This document shows positions 34,201-43,607 of a DNA stretch of 64,000 nucleotides, in pieces. This DNA is from Fidelibacterota bacterium. GTDB lineage: Bacteria; Fidelibacterota; Marinisomatia; Marinisomatales; TCS55. A program made the position numbers and the translations under genes. The DNA lies in assembly GCA_046861385.1 (NCBI GenBank), contig JBHHTW010000006.1:1-64000 (forward strand), read 5' to 3'. Below the pieces are notes generated by a model. That model saw nothing but the letters and a program-made list of their open reading frames with translations. It made no database searches and was not told where the DNA came from. How positions within the stretch are numbered: position 1 is the first letter of the stretch; each line of letters begins with the position of its first letter.

Positions 34201-34646
34201 TTTTCAGGAATTTCTCCTTTTAAGCACCCGGATGAACATATTAACCCTTCGCTGTGTTGTTTCAGCAATTCTTTATCAATCCGCGGACGATAATAAAACC
34301 CTTCTAGATAACCGAACGTCACCAATTTCATCAGATTGCGGTACCCAGCATAATTTTGTGCTAGAAGTACGAGGTGATTATTCCCCCAGCCTCCTTCAGA
34401 CCGTGGTTTCTTATCAAAACGGCTGCCATGAGCAACGTAGATTTCACATCCTATAATGGGTTTAACACCTTTTTTCATCGCCGATTTATAATAAGGTATG
34501 GCGCTGAACATATTGCCATGCTCAGTCAAAGCTACAGAATCCATTCCCAAATCATCAATAGTATTCACCAGCGTCTGGACGGTTTGTGCGCCGTCTAAGA
34601 GACTGTAATCAGAATGGTTGTGTAAATGGACGAATTCAGTTGACAT
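31215..34646 (-). CDS. dnaE: DNA polymerase III alpha subunit
   Basis: HLHNHSDYSLLDG, PGRGSAAGS, MPDIDIDF, YGFNKSH. Confidence 0.98.
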   Translation of the reverse strand: MSTEFVHLHNHSDYSLLDGAQTVQTLVNTIDDLGMDSVALTEHGNMFSAIPYYKSAMKKGVKPIIGCEIYVAHGSRFDKKPRSEGGWGNNHLVLLAQNYAGYRNLMKLVTFGYLEGFYYRPRIDKELLKQHSEGLICSSGCLKGEIPEKLVNGDWEGAKAAALEFAEMFPGRYYLEIQNHGIDAEARNIELITKLAKELNLPLVATNDAHYAVHDHWEAHDIHICLGTGKERDDPNRLRYATPEFYFKSQDDMYKLFKNYPGAMENTRKIADSIDLELPMGNYHLPMFPIPPDAPSSNPDDYLQNLCEEGVRNLYGGITPELQSRLTHELNVIKQMGFAGYFLITRDFVKYAKDNNIPVGPGRGSAAGSLVSFALDITTIDPLKHGLLFERFLNPERISMPDIDIDFCIERRGEVIDYIKKQYGENSVTQIITFGKMKARQAIRDVGRVLGFSFGEVDKIAKMIPAGPFVTLKQALEQSPALREAADSQYKELVDHALTLEGMNRHASTHAAGVVITPGDLTDYTPLFKSSTGDITSQYDMKGLEDLGLLKMDFLGLRNLTVIDHTLKLLGERNVKVDINKIPMDDENVYKLFAKGMTIGVFQFESSGMREFLKKLKPTQIEDLIAMNALYRPGPMENIDDFIKRKHGKKKITYLHPTMEHILKETYGIIVYQEQVMQIAHEIAGFSLAEADIMRRAMGKKIRELMEELKLKFIDGAMENNISRLAAEKIYALIEKFAEYGFNKSHSTAYAYVAYQTAWLKTYYAAEFMAANLTSEMSNIDRIVILINECRKLKIKVDAPDVNISDIHFKPVNDKTISYGLNAIKNVGTKALEHILETRNTKKTFDSLFDFTSNVELRAVNRKVLESLIMAGAMDSMSGTRAEKFESIDIALKYGQQIQENRHRNQEDLFSSATNGHHAMTPELIKAETWTDTISLQKEKDVLGLYLTGHPLLKYAEDLEEFSNYDFTENVEEITLDNVRLGGSIQEFRLHFDRKNNQMAFFKLECLGGQAEVLAFASVFEKYKDILDNDEIVFVSGKPTDTSDFSDLKIIADEIVSLDNARDYFSKHVNIRLEPDQMIPDTVDALFSLVQQYHGNCGLMFHIGAKEGKGRKIFSHNSRVSSSREFLKKLREVYGKENVWVTK

Positions 34647-35481
34647 AGTTATCTATAAAAAAAGCCAGTAATCCTGCAATTGTACTGAATTTTAATACCT
34701 CGGAAAATCGTTTTGCCTGTTTAATTTCAGGCGATTTCAGAAACGAAAATACGATCATTGCCAATGGTATTTCCACACCTAAAACAAGAATAATCAAATA
34801 TAAGAGTCCATAATATCCCAAGATAAAGGGAATCGGTGATCCCAGCCCAATAATAAATGCAGCGGTGATGGTAATGTAACCTGATTTACGCATTCCAAAT
34901 TTTACAGGAAACGTGTTCAGTCCGGCTTTTGTATCTCCTTCAATGTCCGCCATATCTTTTACGAGTTCCCGGACAAATGTGAGTCCAAATGCTAATAGTG
35001 CAGGAATAATCATCGGTTCTATATTATTAAAGGCTGCCCCGGCAAAAATAAATGCTAATCCCAAAATCAATGCTATTGATGCATTTCCTATTAAGGGTGT
35101 TCCTTTCAGGCTCCCACTGTAAATAATCATAATAGGCATTGAAATTCCGATAGCGATGACACGAGCAATCATTGGTAAACCAAAAGCGAATATACTCCCA
35201 GCCACAAAAAGAATAACAGCCAAGGACATGGCTGTTTTAATTTTTACATGCCCCGTAACCAAAGGTCGTTTGGGCCGATTTACTGTATCTGCTTTGTAAT
35301 CTTTTACATCGTTGTATGCATTGGCAGCGGCATTGTAACACACCACAACACCAATCGTTATTAACAATGTTTTCGTTTCATAAAAACTATCTAATATACC
35401 AGCGCTGACTACCATAGCAAACCCACTGGTCAATAAATTCAACGGACGCAATAGTTGAATATGCCACCAGATAAAATTCAT
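34636..35481 (-). CDS. UbiA-family prenyltransferase, DGGGP-synthase-like
   Basis: NDVKDYKADTVNRPKRPLVTG and RELVKDMADIEGD...G..TFP; multiple TMs. Confidence 0.8.
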   Translation of the reverse strand: MNFIWWHIQLLRPLNLLTSGFAMVVSAGILDSFYETKTLLITIGVVVCYNAAANAYNDVKDYKADTVNRPKRPLVTGHVKIKTAMSLAVILFVAGSIFAFGLPMIARVIAIGISMPIMIIYSGSLKGTPLIGNASIALILGLAFIFAGAAFNNIEPMIIPALLAFGLTFVRELVKDMADIEGDTKAGLNTFPVKFGMRKSGYITITAAFIIGLGSPIPFILGYYGLLYLIILVLGVEIPLAMIVFSFLKSPEIKQAKRFSEVLKFSTIAGLLAFFIDNYVN

Positions 35482-36341
35482 TTTACCTGCACTTTTAATA
35501 TTCGACTATCTCCATTAAAATCAGATATAAATTTTATTTGTTCAAAATCATTGGTTTGAAAATATTCACCTGCTTTTTGGGGATGATCCTCGAGACCAAC
35601 TTCCATAATCAGCCAGCCATTGGGACGGACCCATTTCTTCGCTTCCTTGGCTAAATGTCTATAAAATGTGAGACCGTCACGATGATCTGTAAGCGCCTGA
35701 TGGGGTTCATACCCTCGAACTTCCTTCATGATAGTATCCATTTCATCTTGGGGAATATACGGTGGGTTCATCAGTAACCCATTATAGATCGGTTCCAAAG
35801 GATGATAATTTAAAAAATCAGATTCATTGAATTTCACGTTTGATACTTTATTCAATGCTGCATTCTCTTCTGCGATTGCCAAACTTTTTAATGAGATATC
35901 TAATCCGTCTAATATTGAATGGAATAATTCGGCAGCAACTGATATAGCTATACATCCTGATCCGGTTCCAATATCAACCAATCGTGGATGTTCAAATTCT
36001 TGAAATGTATAGAGGGCAACATCTACCAAACGTTCTGTTTCCTGTCTGGGGATTAATACGTCTTTGGTCACCTTAAATCGTCTTCCGTAAAATTCTGTCC
36101 ATCCGGTGATATATTGCGCCGGTTCGCCGGATGAGCGTCTTTTAACCCATTGTTTAAAAATAATCTCTTGTTCTTTGGAAATCTGAAAATCGATTAACTG
36201 AAGTTCTGAAAGTTTACAATTAAGTAGTGAGGATAAAAGCCATTTTGCCTCTTGTTGTGGATCATCAACATGTGACGACAATTGATTCGCTGACCAATCC
36301 AGCCAATATTTGATTTGATTGTCTATTGGAACCGGGACCAT
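35478..36341 (-). CDS. prmC: Release factor glutamine methyltransferase
   Basis: GEPAQYI, VLIPRQETE, DIGTGSG, NPPY; follows prfA. Confidence 0.95.
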   Translation of the reverse strand: MVPVPIDNQIKYWLDWSANQLSSHVDDPQQEAKWLLSSLLNCKLSELQLIDFQISKEQEIIFKQWVKRRSSGEPAQYITGWTEFYGRRFKVTKDVLIPRQETERLVDVALYTFQEFEHPRLVDIGTGSGCIAISVAAELFHSILDGLDISLKSLAIAEENAALNKVSNVKFNESDFLNYHPLEPIYNGLLMNPPYIPQDEMDTIMKEVRGYEPHQALTDHRDGLTFYRHLAKEAKKWVRPNGWLIMEVGLEDHPQKAGEYFQTNDFEQIKFISDFNGDSRILKVQVK

Positions 36342-37402
36342 CAGTCCCCCGCTAATAGCTCCTGTTGTTCTGCAAGTTTTAATTGCTCAATCAGTTCTTT
36401 AATATTGCCATTCAATACTTCTTCCAAATTATACGCTGTATAATTGATTCGATGATCTGTAATTCGTCCTTGTGAATAATTATATGTACGGATTTTTGCC
36501 GAACGGTCGCCCGTGGATACCATAGATTTCCGGACATCAGCCCTCTCTTGCGCCAACCGCTCTTGTTCTTGCGCCAATAATCTTGAACGCAACACTTTCA
36601 TTGCCAATAAACGATTTTGATGCTGAGATTTTTCATCCTGGCATGATACAACCAAACCCGATGGCAGATGGGTAATGCGTATGGCAGATTCTGTTTTATT
36701 CACATGCTGACCACCCGCGCCACTGGCGCGGAAGGTATCAATTTTTAAGTCATTTTCATTAATCTCCACTTCTGCTTCTTCAGCTTCAGGCAAAACGGCT
36801 ACGGTGGCAGCTGATGTATGCACACGCCCGCCAGCTTCGGTCTTTGGAACACGCTGAACACGGTGTACACCGCTCTCATATTTCATAAATCCAAAGGCGC
36901 CTTTACCCGTGATGGAAAAAATGATTTCCTTATAACCACCAATTCCTGTTTCATTTACATTCATCACTTCGCTCAACCAATTGTTTCGTTCTGCATAGTG
37001 GGTATACATGCGATATAAGTCTGCTGCAAACAGAGCCGCTTCCTCGCCGCCGGTTCCCGCACGAATTTCAACTATCGTATTCTTATTATCATTTGGGTTT
37101 TTGGGCAACAACAATGTTTTAAGTTCTTCTTCTAATAATTTTTTCTGTCCCCTCAATTCAGACAATTCCTCCTGGGCAATCTCTTTCAGGTCTGTTTCAT
37201 CGCTTAATAGAATTTCTTCATCGTCTTCAATTTGTCGGATAACAGATAAATATTCTTCCCCCTTATTTACAATAGCAGATAATTGACTGTGTTCTTGGGC
37301 CGTTACTCGTAACATGTCTTGATTGGTCATCACAGCTGTTTCGGTTAATAACCGACCCAATTCATTATACCGGGCGATAACTTTTTCGATTTTATCCTTC
37401 AT
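36341..37402 (-). CDS. prfA: Peptide chain release factor 1
   Basis: VPKT (PxT) motif, [12 protein letters not shown]. Confidence 0.97.
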   Translation of the reverse strand: MKDKIEKVIARYNELGRLLTETAVMTNQDMLRVTAQEHSQLSAIVNKGEEYLSVIRQIEDDEEILLSDETDLKEIAQEELSELRGQKKLLEEELKTLLLPKNPNDNKNTIVEIRAGTGGEEAALFAADLYRMYTHYAERNNWLSEVMNVNETGIGGYKEIIFSITGKGAFGFMKYESGVHRVQRVPKTEAGGRVHTSAATVAVLPEAEEAEVEINENDLKIDTFRASGAGGQHVNKTESAIRITHLPSGLVVSCQDEKSQHQNRLLAMKVLRSRLLAQEQERLAQERADVRKSMVSTGDRSAKIRTYNYSQGRITDHRINYTAYNLEEVLNGNIKELIEQLKLAEQQELLAGD

Positions 37403-38361
37403 TAGATAGCATCGGCCATATATTTTTTACCTGCCATTTTATTATATTGATCGCCAAAGGCATTTTTTAAGGCGGTAATCGCCACTTCAATCATATCATC
37501 ATCCGGCGGTTGAGTGGTAATCCTCTGCAGCCATAATCCTGGAGCCCTCAACGCATGAAAAAACAGATTTTTATCCTTACGAGCTGTGAGTTTAATAATT
37601 TCATAGGATACACCGGCAACGATTGGCATAAGGGGTAAATGAAATGCAATGCGATAAAATATGGTAATTTCGCCCATTATGGCTATAATGATTGTATCAA
37701 TCAAAGCAAAGACAAGGATAGCTGATAACAAAACAATGAAAAGGAAACTGGTTCCGCAACGAGGGTGGTAGGTTGGAAATGATTGGGCATTTTCAATAGT
37801 AACATTTTTCCCCGACTCAAAATTGAATACCACGCGGTGTTCTGCGCCATGATAGCGAAAAAGACGCTTCACATCTTTCATCATAGAAATAGCTAATAAA
37901 TACAAAATGAAAAATGAGATGCGAAAACACCCTGAAATCAAATTAAAAAATAAGGCATCTCTCTCTATATCCATTAACCATGTTGTAATCCACAAAGGAG
38001 CGACAACAAACATCCCAATCGCAAAGCCAATCGCAAATAACATTGAAAGTGAATTTGACAGTTTTCCGGGTTTTTTATCGGCTTCATCCGGCATGGCAAT
38101 ATCCGCGGACCATTGCAAAGTGGACATACCCATTTTCATAGATTCGAATAAAGCCATGATTCCCCTTAACACAGGCCATTTCCAGAAGGACGATGATTCC
38201 ACTTGAGAAATGAATGCATGTTTATCTATATGCATCTTACCCTCTGGATCACGTACAGCTGTAGCATATGCGCCCGGAACACGCATCATCACTCCTTCGA
38301 TGACGGCTTGCCCGCCAACAAGAATGGACGGTTTCATGAATGCGATTAGCAATTGTTTCAT
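37402..38361 (-). CDS. DUF1385 membrane protein
   Basis: [30 protein letters not shown]; the start could also be at 38337 or 38367. Confidence 0.9.
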   Translation of the reverse strand: MKQLLIAFMKPSILVGGQAVIEGVMMRVPGAYATAVRDPEGKMHIDKHAFISQVESSSFWKWPVLRGIMALFESMKMGMSTLQWSADIAMPDEADKKPGKLSNSLSMLFAIGFAIGMFVVAPLWITTWLMDIERDALFFNLISGCFRISFFILYLLAISMMKDVKRLFRYHGAEHRVVFNFESGKNVTIENAQSFPTYHPRCGTSFLFIVLLSAILVFALIDTIIIAIMGEITIFYRIAFHLPLMPIVAGVSYEIIKLTARKDKNLFFHALRAPGLWLQRITTQPPDDDMIEVAITALKNAFGDQYNKMAGKKYMADAI

Positions 38362-38365
38362 AGAC

Positions 38366-38407
38366 AAAAAATTGGCTCCGTGCAGGAAATTCCTGTCTCC
38401 GGAGCCA
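38366..38407 (-). terminator. Putative intrinsic terminator after rpmE
   Basis: TGGCTCCG/CGGAGCCA outer stem plus CAGGAA/TTCCTG inner stem, followed by a U run on the minus strand. Confidence 0.6.
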
Positions 38408-38425
38408 TCATATGTTTATAATAAG

Positions 38426-38632
38426 TTACCGGGTGGTTTTAGCGTATTTCGCCTTAAACTTTTCGATACGTCCGGCTGTATCTACCAACTTTTGTTTTCC
38501 TGAGAAAAACGGGTGGCAAACCGAACAGATATCAAGACGCTGATCTCCAACAGTACTGTACACTTCGAATGAATGACCGCAAGCGCAATGTACTTTGCCA
38601 AGTTTATATTCGGGATGGATTCCCTGTTTCAT
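38426..38632 (-). CDS. rpmE: 50S ribosomal protein L31 (Zn-binding type)
   Basis: [13 protein letters not shown]...[27 protein letters not shown]. Confidence 0.97.
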   Translation of the reverse strand: MKQGIHPEYKLGKVHCACGHSFEVYSTVGDQRLDICSVCHPFFSGKQKLVDTAGRIEKFKAKYAKTTR

Positions 38633-38646
38633 AATAAAACTCCTTA

Positions 38647-39855
38647 TTAATTCAATTGTTTTAATGCGTATGCTACTTTGGATATGCCTCTTCGAATTGT
38701 ATCCCTATCCGTAGCGCACGAAAATCTTATATGCCCTGGCGCTCCGAAACCGTCCCCGGGAACGGTCACCACAGACCCAGAATTTAATATATATCCACTC
38801 AGATCGAAAGAATCCTGAATAATTTTACCATTGATCTTTTTTCCGATATAATGAGACATATTTGGAAATGTATAAAATGCGCCACCGGGGATTGCACAGG
38901 AAACGCCAGGAATTTCATTCAATAAACCCACCATTAAATCGCGGCGTTTTTTAAACTTCAACCTCATTTCCTCCACAGGTCGTTGATCACCGGTTAATGC
39001 TGCAATGGCAGCACGCTGACCTATGGAATTCGCACAGGATGTTGCCTGACCTTGAACCTTGCTCATGGCTTTAATGATCGCCTGCTCTCCCGCTGCATAT
39101 CCAATTCGCCAACCTGTCATGGCGTAGGTTTTTGAAAGACTCATACATGTGATTACTCTTGCGCCAATATTATGATCACGATTCAATTTTTCGGCGCTGA
39201 TAAATCCTCCATCAAAAATCAGTCGTTCATAACATTCGTCTGAAATCACAGTCCAATCACGGTTTGCTGCAATATTTAACAGCCTCATTAGTGCTTCCGA
39301 GCTCCACACTCCCCCGGTTGGATTAGATGGGGAATTAACAATGACACCTTTAATATTTTCCGTGGTTTTCTTTTCCAAATCATTGAAATCTACTTCAAAT
39401 TGCTTTTGGGAAAGCGTATTTACGATGATGGGTTCAGCATCTGCCAACCGTACAAATTCAGGAAACGATACCCAGTACGGTGTAAAAATAACCACTTCAT
39501 CACCTTGATCAAATAAAACTTGACAGGCGTTGTACAGGCTTTGTTTTTCACCATTTGAAACCAGAATTTCGTTTGGAATATATTCCAAACCGTTTTCCCT
39601 TTTTAATTTCTCACAAATCGCCTGGCGGAGTTCAATCATGCCGGAGCCAGCTGTATACTTTGTATATCCGTCGTCCATTGCTTTTTTCCCAGCCTCGATG
39701 ATATGATCCGGTGTATTAAAATCGGGCTCTCCTACGCTGAAGTTGATTACGTCAATGCCTTGAAATCGCATTTCAGCTGCCTTTGAAGCCATTTCCAGAG
39801 TATACGAAGGCTTCACCCGTGAAACGCGTTTTGCGAACTTGAGTTGAGATGTCAT
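38647..39855 (-). CDS. Class I PLP-dependent (aspartate-type) aminotransferase
   Basis: [33 protein letters not shown]. Confidence 0.95.
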   Translation of the reverse strand: MTSQLKFAKRVSRVKPSYTLEMASKAAEMRFQGIDVINFSVGEPDFNTPDHIIEAGKKAMDDGYTKYTAGSGMIELRQAICEKLKRENGLEYIPNEILVSNGEKQSLYNACQVLFDQGDEVVIFTPYWVSFPEFVRLADAEPIIVNTLSQKQFEVDFNDLEKKTTENIKGVIVNSPSNPTGGVWSSEALMRLLNIAANRDWTVISDECYERLIFDGGFISAEKLNRDHNIGARVITCMSLSKTYAMTGWRIGYAAGEQAIIKAMSKVQGQATSCANSIGQRAAIAALTGDQRPVEEMRLKFKKRRDLMVGLLNEIPGVSCAIPGGAFYTFPNMSHYIGKKINGKIIQDSFDLSGYILNSGSVVTVPGDGFGAPGHIRFSCATDRDTIRRGISKVAYALKQLN

Positions 39856-40944
39856 TTATAATTTATGCTGTTTTTTATGAAATTCAGGACTGTTGAATTT
39901 TGCATCTTCAGGACTGGCGTTGTCTGATACATCTATTTCAGAAAACGAATCATCTGTTTCTATCTCAAATTCTTCAGATAGTACTTTTTTACTGCTCTTC
40001 CTAACCGGTTTTTTCGTGGGCTTTCTCACGTTTTTTTTCACCGTCTTTTTTCCCGGTTTTTTAATTGGCTTTTCGTCTAGTTTTTCATCTTTTTCTTTAT
40101 CTTGTTTTTTGTTAGTCGTTTCCTTTTTAACTCTATTTCGTTTTGGTTTCGGAACATCTTTCATCGAGACACCTTCGAGATCAGACTCCGCATAAGCAAT
40201 TTGTGCCTCGGCTTCTTTTTTCTCAACATTTTCGTCTAATTCTTCCAGATCGAATTGAAAGGACTTTGGGTTAAACATACCATATAGTGCTCCATAACCG
40301 CGCGTAATTCCATTTCCAATTCCCATATAATTCGGGAGGAGAAAGTTGGTTCGAAATTCACCGGAAAATGCTCCCCAGAAACGTTCATCAACTGGTTTTG
40401 GAAACATGGAGGTTAGGTTCACTTTTGTAAAGATTTTGTCAGTGATCTCAACTCCCATTTCACGGGCAAGAAATACAATGTTTTGTCCCAAAAGCCGATT
40501 CAGAAATGATATACGTTCCATATTATTCAAGAAACGATAGCGACTGCCTGTGGTTTGATTTAACGCTACCCAGGGGGTCAGAAATCGATACCTGATTAAT
40601 CTGTCCACTTGTCTAAAGTGATCTGAGTTGGATACCACATCTGTATCAAACACCTGAAATGTAATATTGCCAAAGTCCAATATGTCGAGTCTGTCTGCTA
40701 ATTCTATAACAGGATCCACTCCTTCATGGATTCCGACAATATATATTTGCTCATTCAGGATTTTTACTTGCACCCGGGGGTAAAGAAATTGATCCCGGTA
40801 TGTACCATCCATCATTGAAATTACTTCCAAATCAGGATATTGACGCATAAAGACACCTTTAACCTGATATGGCGTCTTTCTGACTGGCTTATCCGTTAAA
40901 ACACGAACAGTAACTGTGCGCACCTCACTGTTACTATATTCCAT
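39856..40944 (-). CDS. cas6: Stand-alone Cas6b-like RAMP protein with charged disordered C-terminal tail
   Basis: YPRVQVK, IVGIHEG, YRFLTPWVALNQ, LLGQNI, FSGEFRTNFLLPNYMGIGNGITRGYG (Cas6 Gly-rich loop); GAGGTG SD. Confidence 0.85.
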   Translation of the reverse strand: MEYSNSEVRTVTVRVLTDKPVRKTPYQVKGVFMRQYPDLEVISMMDGTYRDQFLYPRVQVKILNEQIYIVGIHEGVDPVIELADRLDILDFGNITFQVFDTDVVSNSDHFRQVDRLIRYRFLTPWVALNQTTGSRYRFLNNMERISFLNRLLGQNIVFLAREMGVEITDKIFTKVNLTSMFPKPVDERFWGAFSGEFRTNFLLPNYMGIGNGITRGYGALYGMFNPKSFQFDLEELDENVEKKEAEAQIAYAESDLEGVSMKDVPKPKRNRVKKETTNKKQDKEKDEKLDEKPIKKPGKKTVKKNVRKPTKKPVRKSSKKVLSEEFEIETDDSFSEIDVSDNASPEDAKFNSPEFHKKQHKL

Positions 40945-41003
40945 ATTTACACCTCATTAGTTAGTTATAATAAAAGGACTGCACCTTTAGCAGTAAGTTA
41001 CAT

Positions 41004-42251
41004 TTATTGATTCATAGTTTCCATAAATTCTTCATTGCTCTTTGTCCGCTTCATTCTTGTATGCATAAACTCCATTGCTTCAATAACGTTCATTTCATTT
41101 AAGAGTTTCCTTAAAATCCACATTCTTCCAAGTGTCTTTTTATCCAGGAGCAATTCTTCTTTTCTTGTCCCGGAACGCACAATATCAAACGACGGGTATA
41201 TACGACGGTCACTTAGGCGGCGGTCTAAAACAAGTTCCATATTACCTGTTCCTTTAAACTCCTCAAAAATGACTTCATCCATCCTGCTTCCTGTGTCGAT
41301 CAAGGCGGTGGCAATAATTGATAAACTTCCACTTTCTTCAGTGTTTCTTGCTGCACCAAAAAATTGTTTCGGTTTTTTTAAAGCATTGGAATCAACACCA
41401 CCAGATAAAATTTTACCACTGTGTGGAATGACTGCGTTGTGAGCACGCCCTAGGCGTGTAAGGCTATCAAGTAATATGACTACATCATGGCCATATTCTA
41501 CCATGCGCCTTGCTTTTTGCAAAACCATATCTGCAACGGCAACGTGACGTTCGGGTGGTTCATCAAAAGTAGAGCTCACCACTTCTGCATCGACATGTTG
41601 TTTCATATCTGTTACTTCTTCCGGGCGTTCATCAATTAATAGGATAATTAATTTGATTTCCGGATGATTATTCAATAATGAATTAGCGATTTTTTGCAGC
41701 AGAACTGTTTTTCCTGTCTTTGGTTGAGCTACAATCAATCCTCGCTGTCCTTTCCCAATAGGAGAAATTAAATCCATAATCCTGGTTGATAAATCCTTTG
41801 GATCCGTTTCCAGGTTGAATTTTTTATCTGGATATTTTGGTGTTAGATTATCAAACAAGATTCCTTTTTTAACTTGATCCGGCGATTCGTCATTCACCGT
41901 TTCCAGTTTCAGCAGCGCGTAAAACCTTTCTTTTTCTTTTGGCTTTCGAATTTGCCCATAAACAGAATGTCCTGTTTTTAAACCGAAACGCTTAATTTGC
42001 GACGGACTCACATAAATATCATCCTGACCCGGTAAATAGTTATAATCAGGGCTTCTTAAAAAGCCGTAACCTTCGTTCAATACTTCCAGAACTCCTCTGG
42101 CGTGTAAAACGCCTTCTTTCTCGTTTTGTGCTTCAAGAACTTTAATAATTAATCCCTGCTTATTCAAGCCGGAAGAGCCCTGGATCTTTAAATCCTGAGC
42201 CAATTTTACCAGTTCTTTAATATTTAGGGATTGTAGTTGATTAACATCCAT
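41004..42251 (-). CDS. rho: Transcription termination factor Rho
   Basis: [55 protein letters not shown]. Confidence 0.98.
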   Translation of the reverse strand: MDVNQLQSLNIKELVKLAQDLKIQGSSGLNKQGLIIKVLEAQNEKEGVLHARGVLEVLNEGYGFLRSPDYNYLPGQDDIYVSPSQIKRFGLKTGHSVYGQIRKPKEKERFYALLKLETVNDESPDQVKKGILFDNLTPKYPDKKFNLETDPKDLSTRIMDLISPIGKGQRGLIVAQPKTGKTVLLQKIANSLLNNHPEIKLIILLIDERPEEVTDMKQHVDAEVVSSTFDEPPERHVAVADMVLQKARRMVEYGHDVVILLDSLTRLGRAHNAVIPHSGKILSGGVDSNALKKPKQFFGAARNTEESGSLSIIATALIDTGSRMDEVIFEEFKGTGNMELVLDRRLSDRRIYPSFDIVRSGTRKEELLLDKKTLGRMWILRKLLNEMNVIEAMEFMHTRMKRTKSNEEFMETMNQ

Positions 42252-42356
42252 ATATAAATAACTCCAATTGAATTATGACGGTATATTTTTTTAATGAAAT
42301 TTTCTTTGTGAAATATATTCCTGCGGAAGCAGGTGCATAGAAAGCGTGAAATTACT

Positions 42357-43607
42357 TTAAATGAACTCCTTGTCAAAGGAAAAATGAAAATGCTTAAATA
42401 TATGTTCTGCAATATAATGGGAGCCAAAAACCAACCCCGGTTTTTCCTTGTTAATAGAAGATGTAAAGTCCTTTAAATGATTGATTGGGTGAGCATCGAT
42501 ATCATATTTTTTTAAACATTGGCTCAAATCAATGGCGGGCATGAGAAGATTATTTTCATCGCCAATCGTCCAGATGGTTTCAAATTGATCCTTTATTGAA
42601 GATGCAATCAAACTAAATTCTTTATCTTCTTTCAAAGCCATGAGTCCAATGGGTTTCCCGCTAAATAAAGCATTTATTGTATTGAGGGTGGCGTTGATTC
42701 CATCTGCATTATGGGCAACATCGTAAATAATTGGAGGACAAGAAGATAAAATTTGGAAACGACCCGGCCAAGCTACTTTTTTTAGACCCATATTTATGTT
42801 ATTTTGTGTTATTCCAATATTCAAAGCACGAACGCCTGCAATCGCGAGAGAAGTGTTAATAGCTTGGTGATTTCCAATGAGCGATGTTGTGTGCGTAGAG
42901 CCGTCCCAAATAAATGTTGTGCCTGTTAAGGAAATATTACATTGATCGGGTTTTTTAAGAAATTGGATATTCGCACCGACTGATCTGGCTTTTTTTTCGA
43001 AAACGGTTTGAACGGTGTTCGCTTGGACACAACTTATCACCGGAATCTCTTTTTTTATAATTCCGGCTTTCTCTCCAGCAATATCATAAATCGTTCCACC
43101 CAATATTTCTCGGTGATCCATACTCACTGTTGTAAGAATTGAAATTTCAGGATTGATTACATTTGTTGAATCCAGTCGCCCGCCCAAACCTGTTTCAATA
43201 ACCGCGTAATCAACCTTCTTTTTTTGAAAATACCAAAGTGCCATAGCGGTTGTTGTTTCAAAAAATGTACTTTGAATGACTTTAATATCTTTAGAGAATA
43301 AATCCATGAATTCCACAATATGGGTATCAGAAATTGGAATACCATTAACTCTAATACGCTCGTTGAAGTGAATTAAATGAGGTGATGTATATAAACCAAC
43401 TTTTAATCCTGCCTCATGCAAAATGGAATAAATCATCGCACATGTAGATCCCTTACCGTTTGTTCCCGCCACATGAATGAGCTTTAATTTTTTTTGAGGA
43501 TTATCACAGGCTCTTAGCAACTGTCTAGTATGATTTAGCCCAGTTTTAATTCCAAGGCGCTGTAAGGAGTATAGTTCTTTTAGGATTTGCTGAAAATCAG
43601 AATTCAT
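42357..43607 (-). CDS. folC: Folylpolyglutamate/dihydrofolate synthase
   Basis: HVAGTNGKGS, YTSPHL, ETGLGGRLDSTN, WPGRFQ, DVAHN. Confidence 0.95.
   Translation of the reverse strand: MNSDFQQILKELYSLQRLGIKTGLNHTRQLLRACDNPQKKLKLIHVAGTNGKGSTCAMIYSILHEAGLKVGLYTSPHLIHFNERIRVNGIPISDTHIVEFMDLFSKDIKVIQSTFFETTTAMALWYFQKKKVDYAVIETGLGGRLDSTNVINPEISILTTVSMDHREILGGTIYDIAGEKAGIIKKEIPVISCVQANTVQTVFEKKARSVGANIQFLKKPDQCNISLTGTTFIWDGSTHTTSLIGNHQAINTSLAIAGVRALNIGITQNNINMGLKKVAWPGRFQILSSCPPIIYDVAHNADGINATLNTINALFSGKPIGLMALKEDKEFSLIASSIKDQFETIWTIGDENNLLMPAIDLSQCLKKYDIDAHPINHLKDFTSSINKEKPGLVFGSHYIAEHIFKHFHFSFDKEFI

Noticed and set aside
31215-34646. Intein or split in dnaE
   Set aside because: 1143 aa is a normal length, and I saw no intein-like insertion
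36341-37402. prfB-type programmed frameshift
   Set aside because: The ORF is continuous, with the RF1 PxT motif and the prmC context
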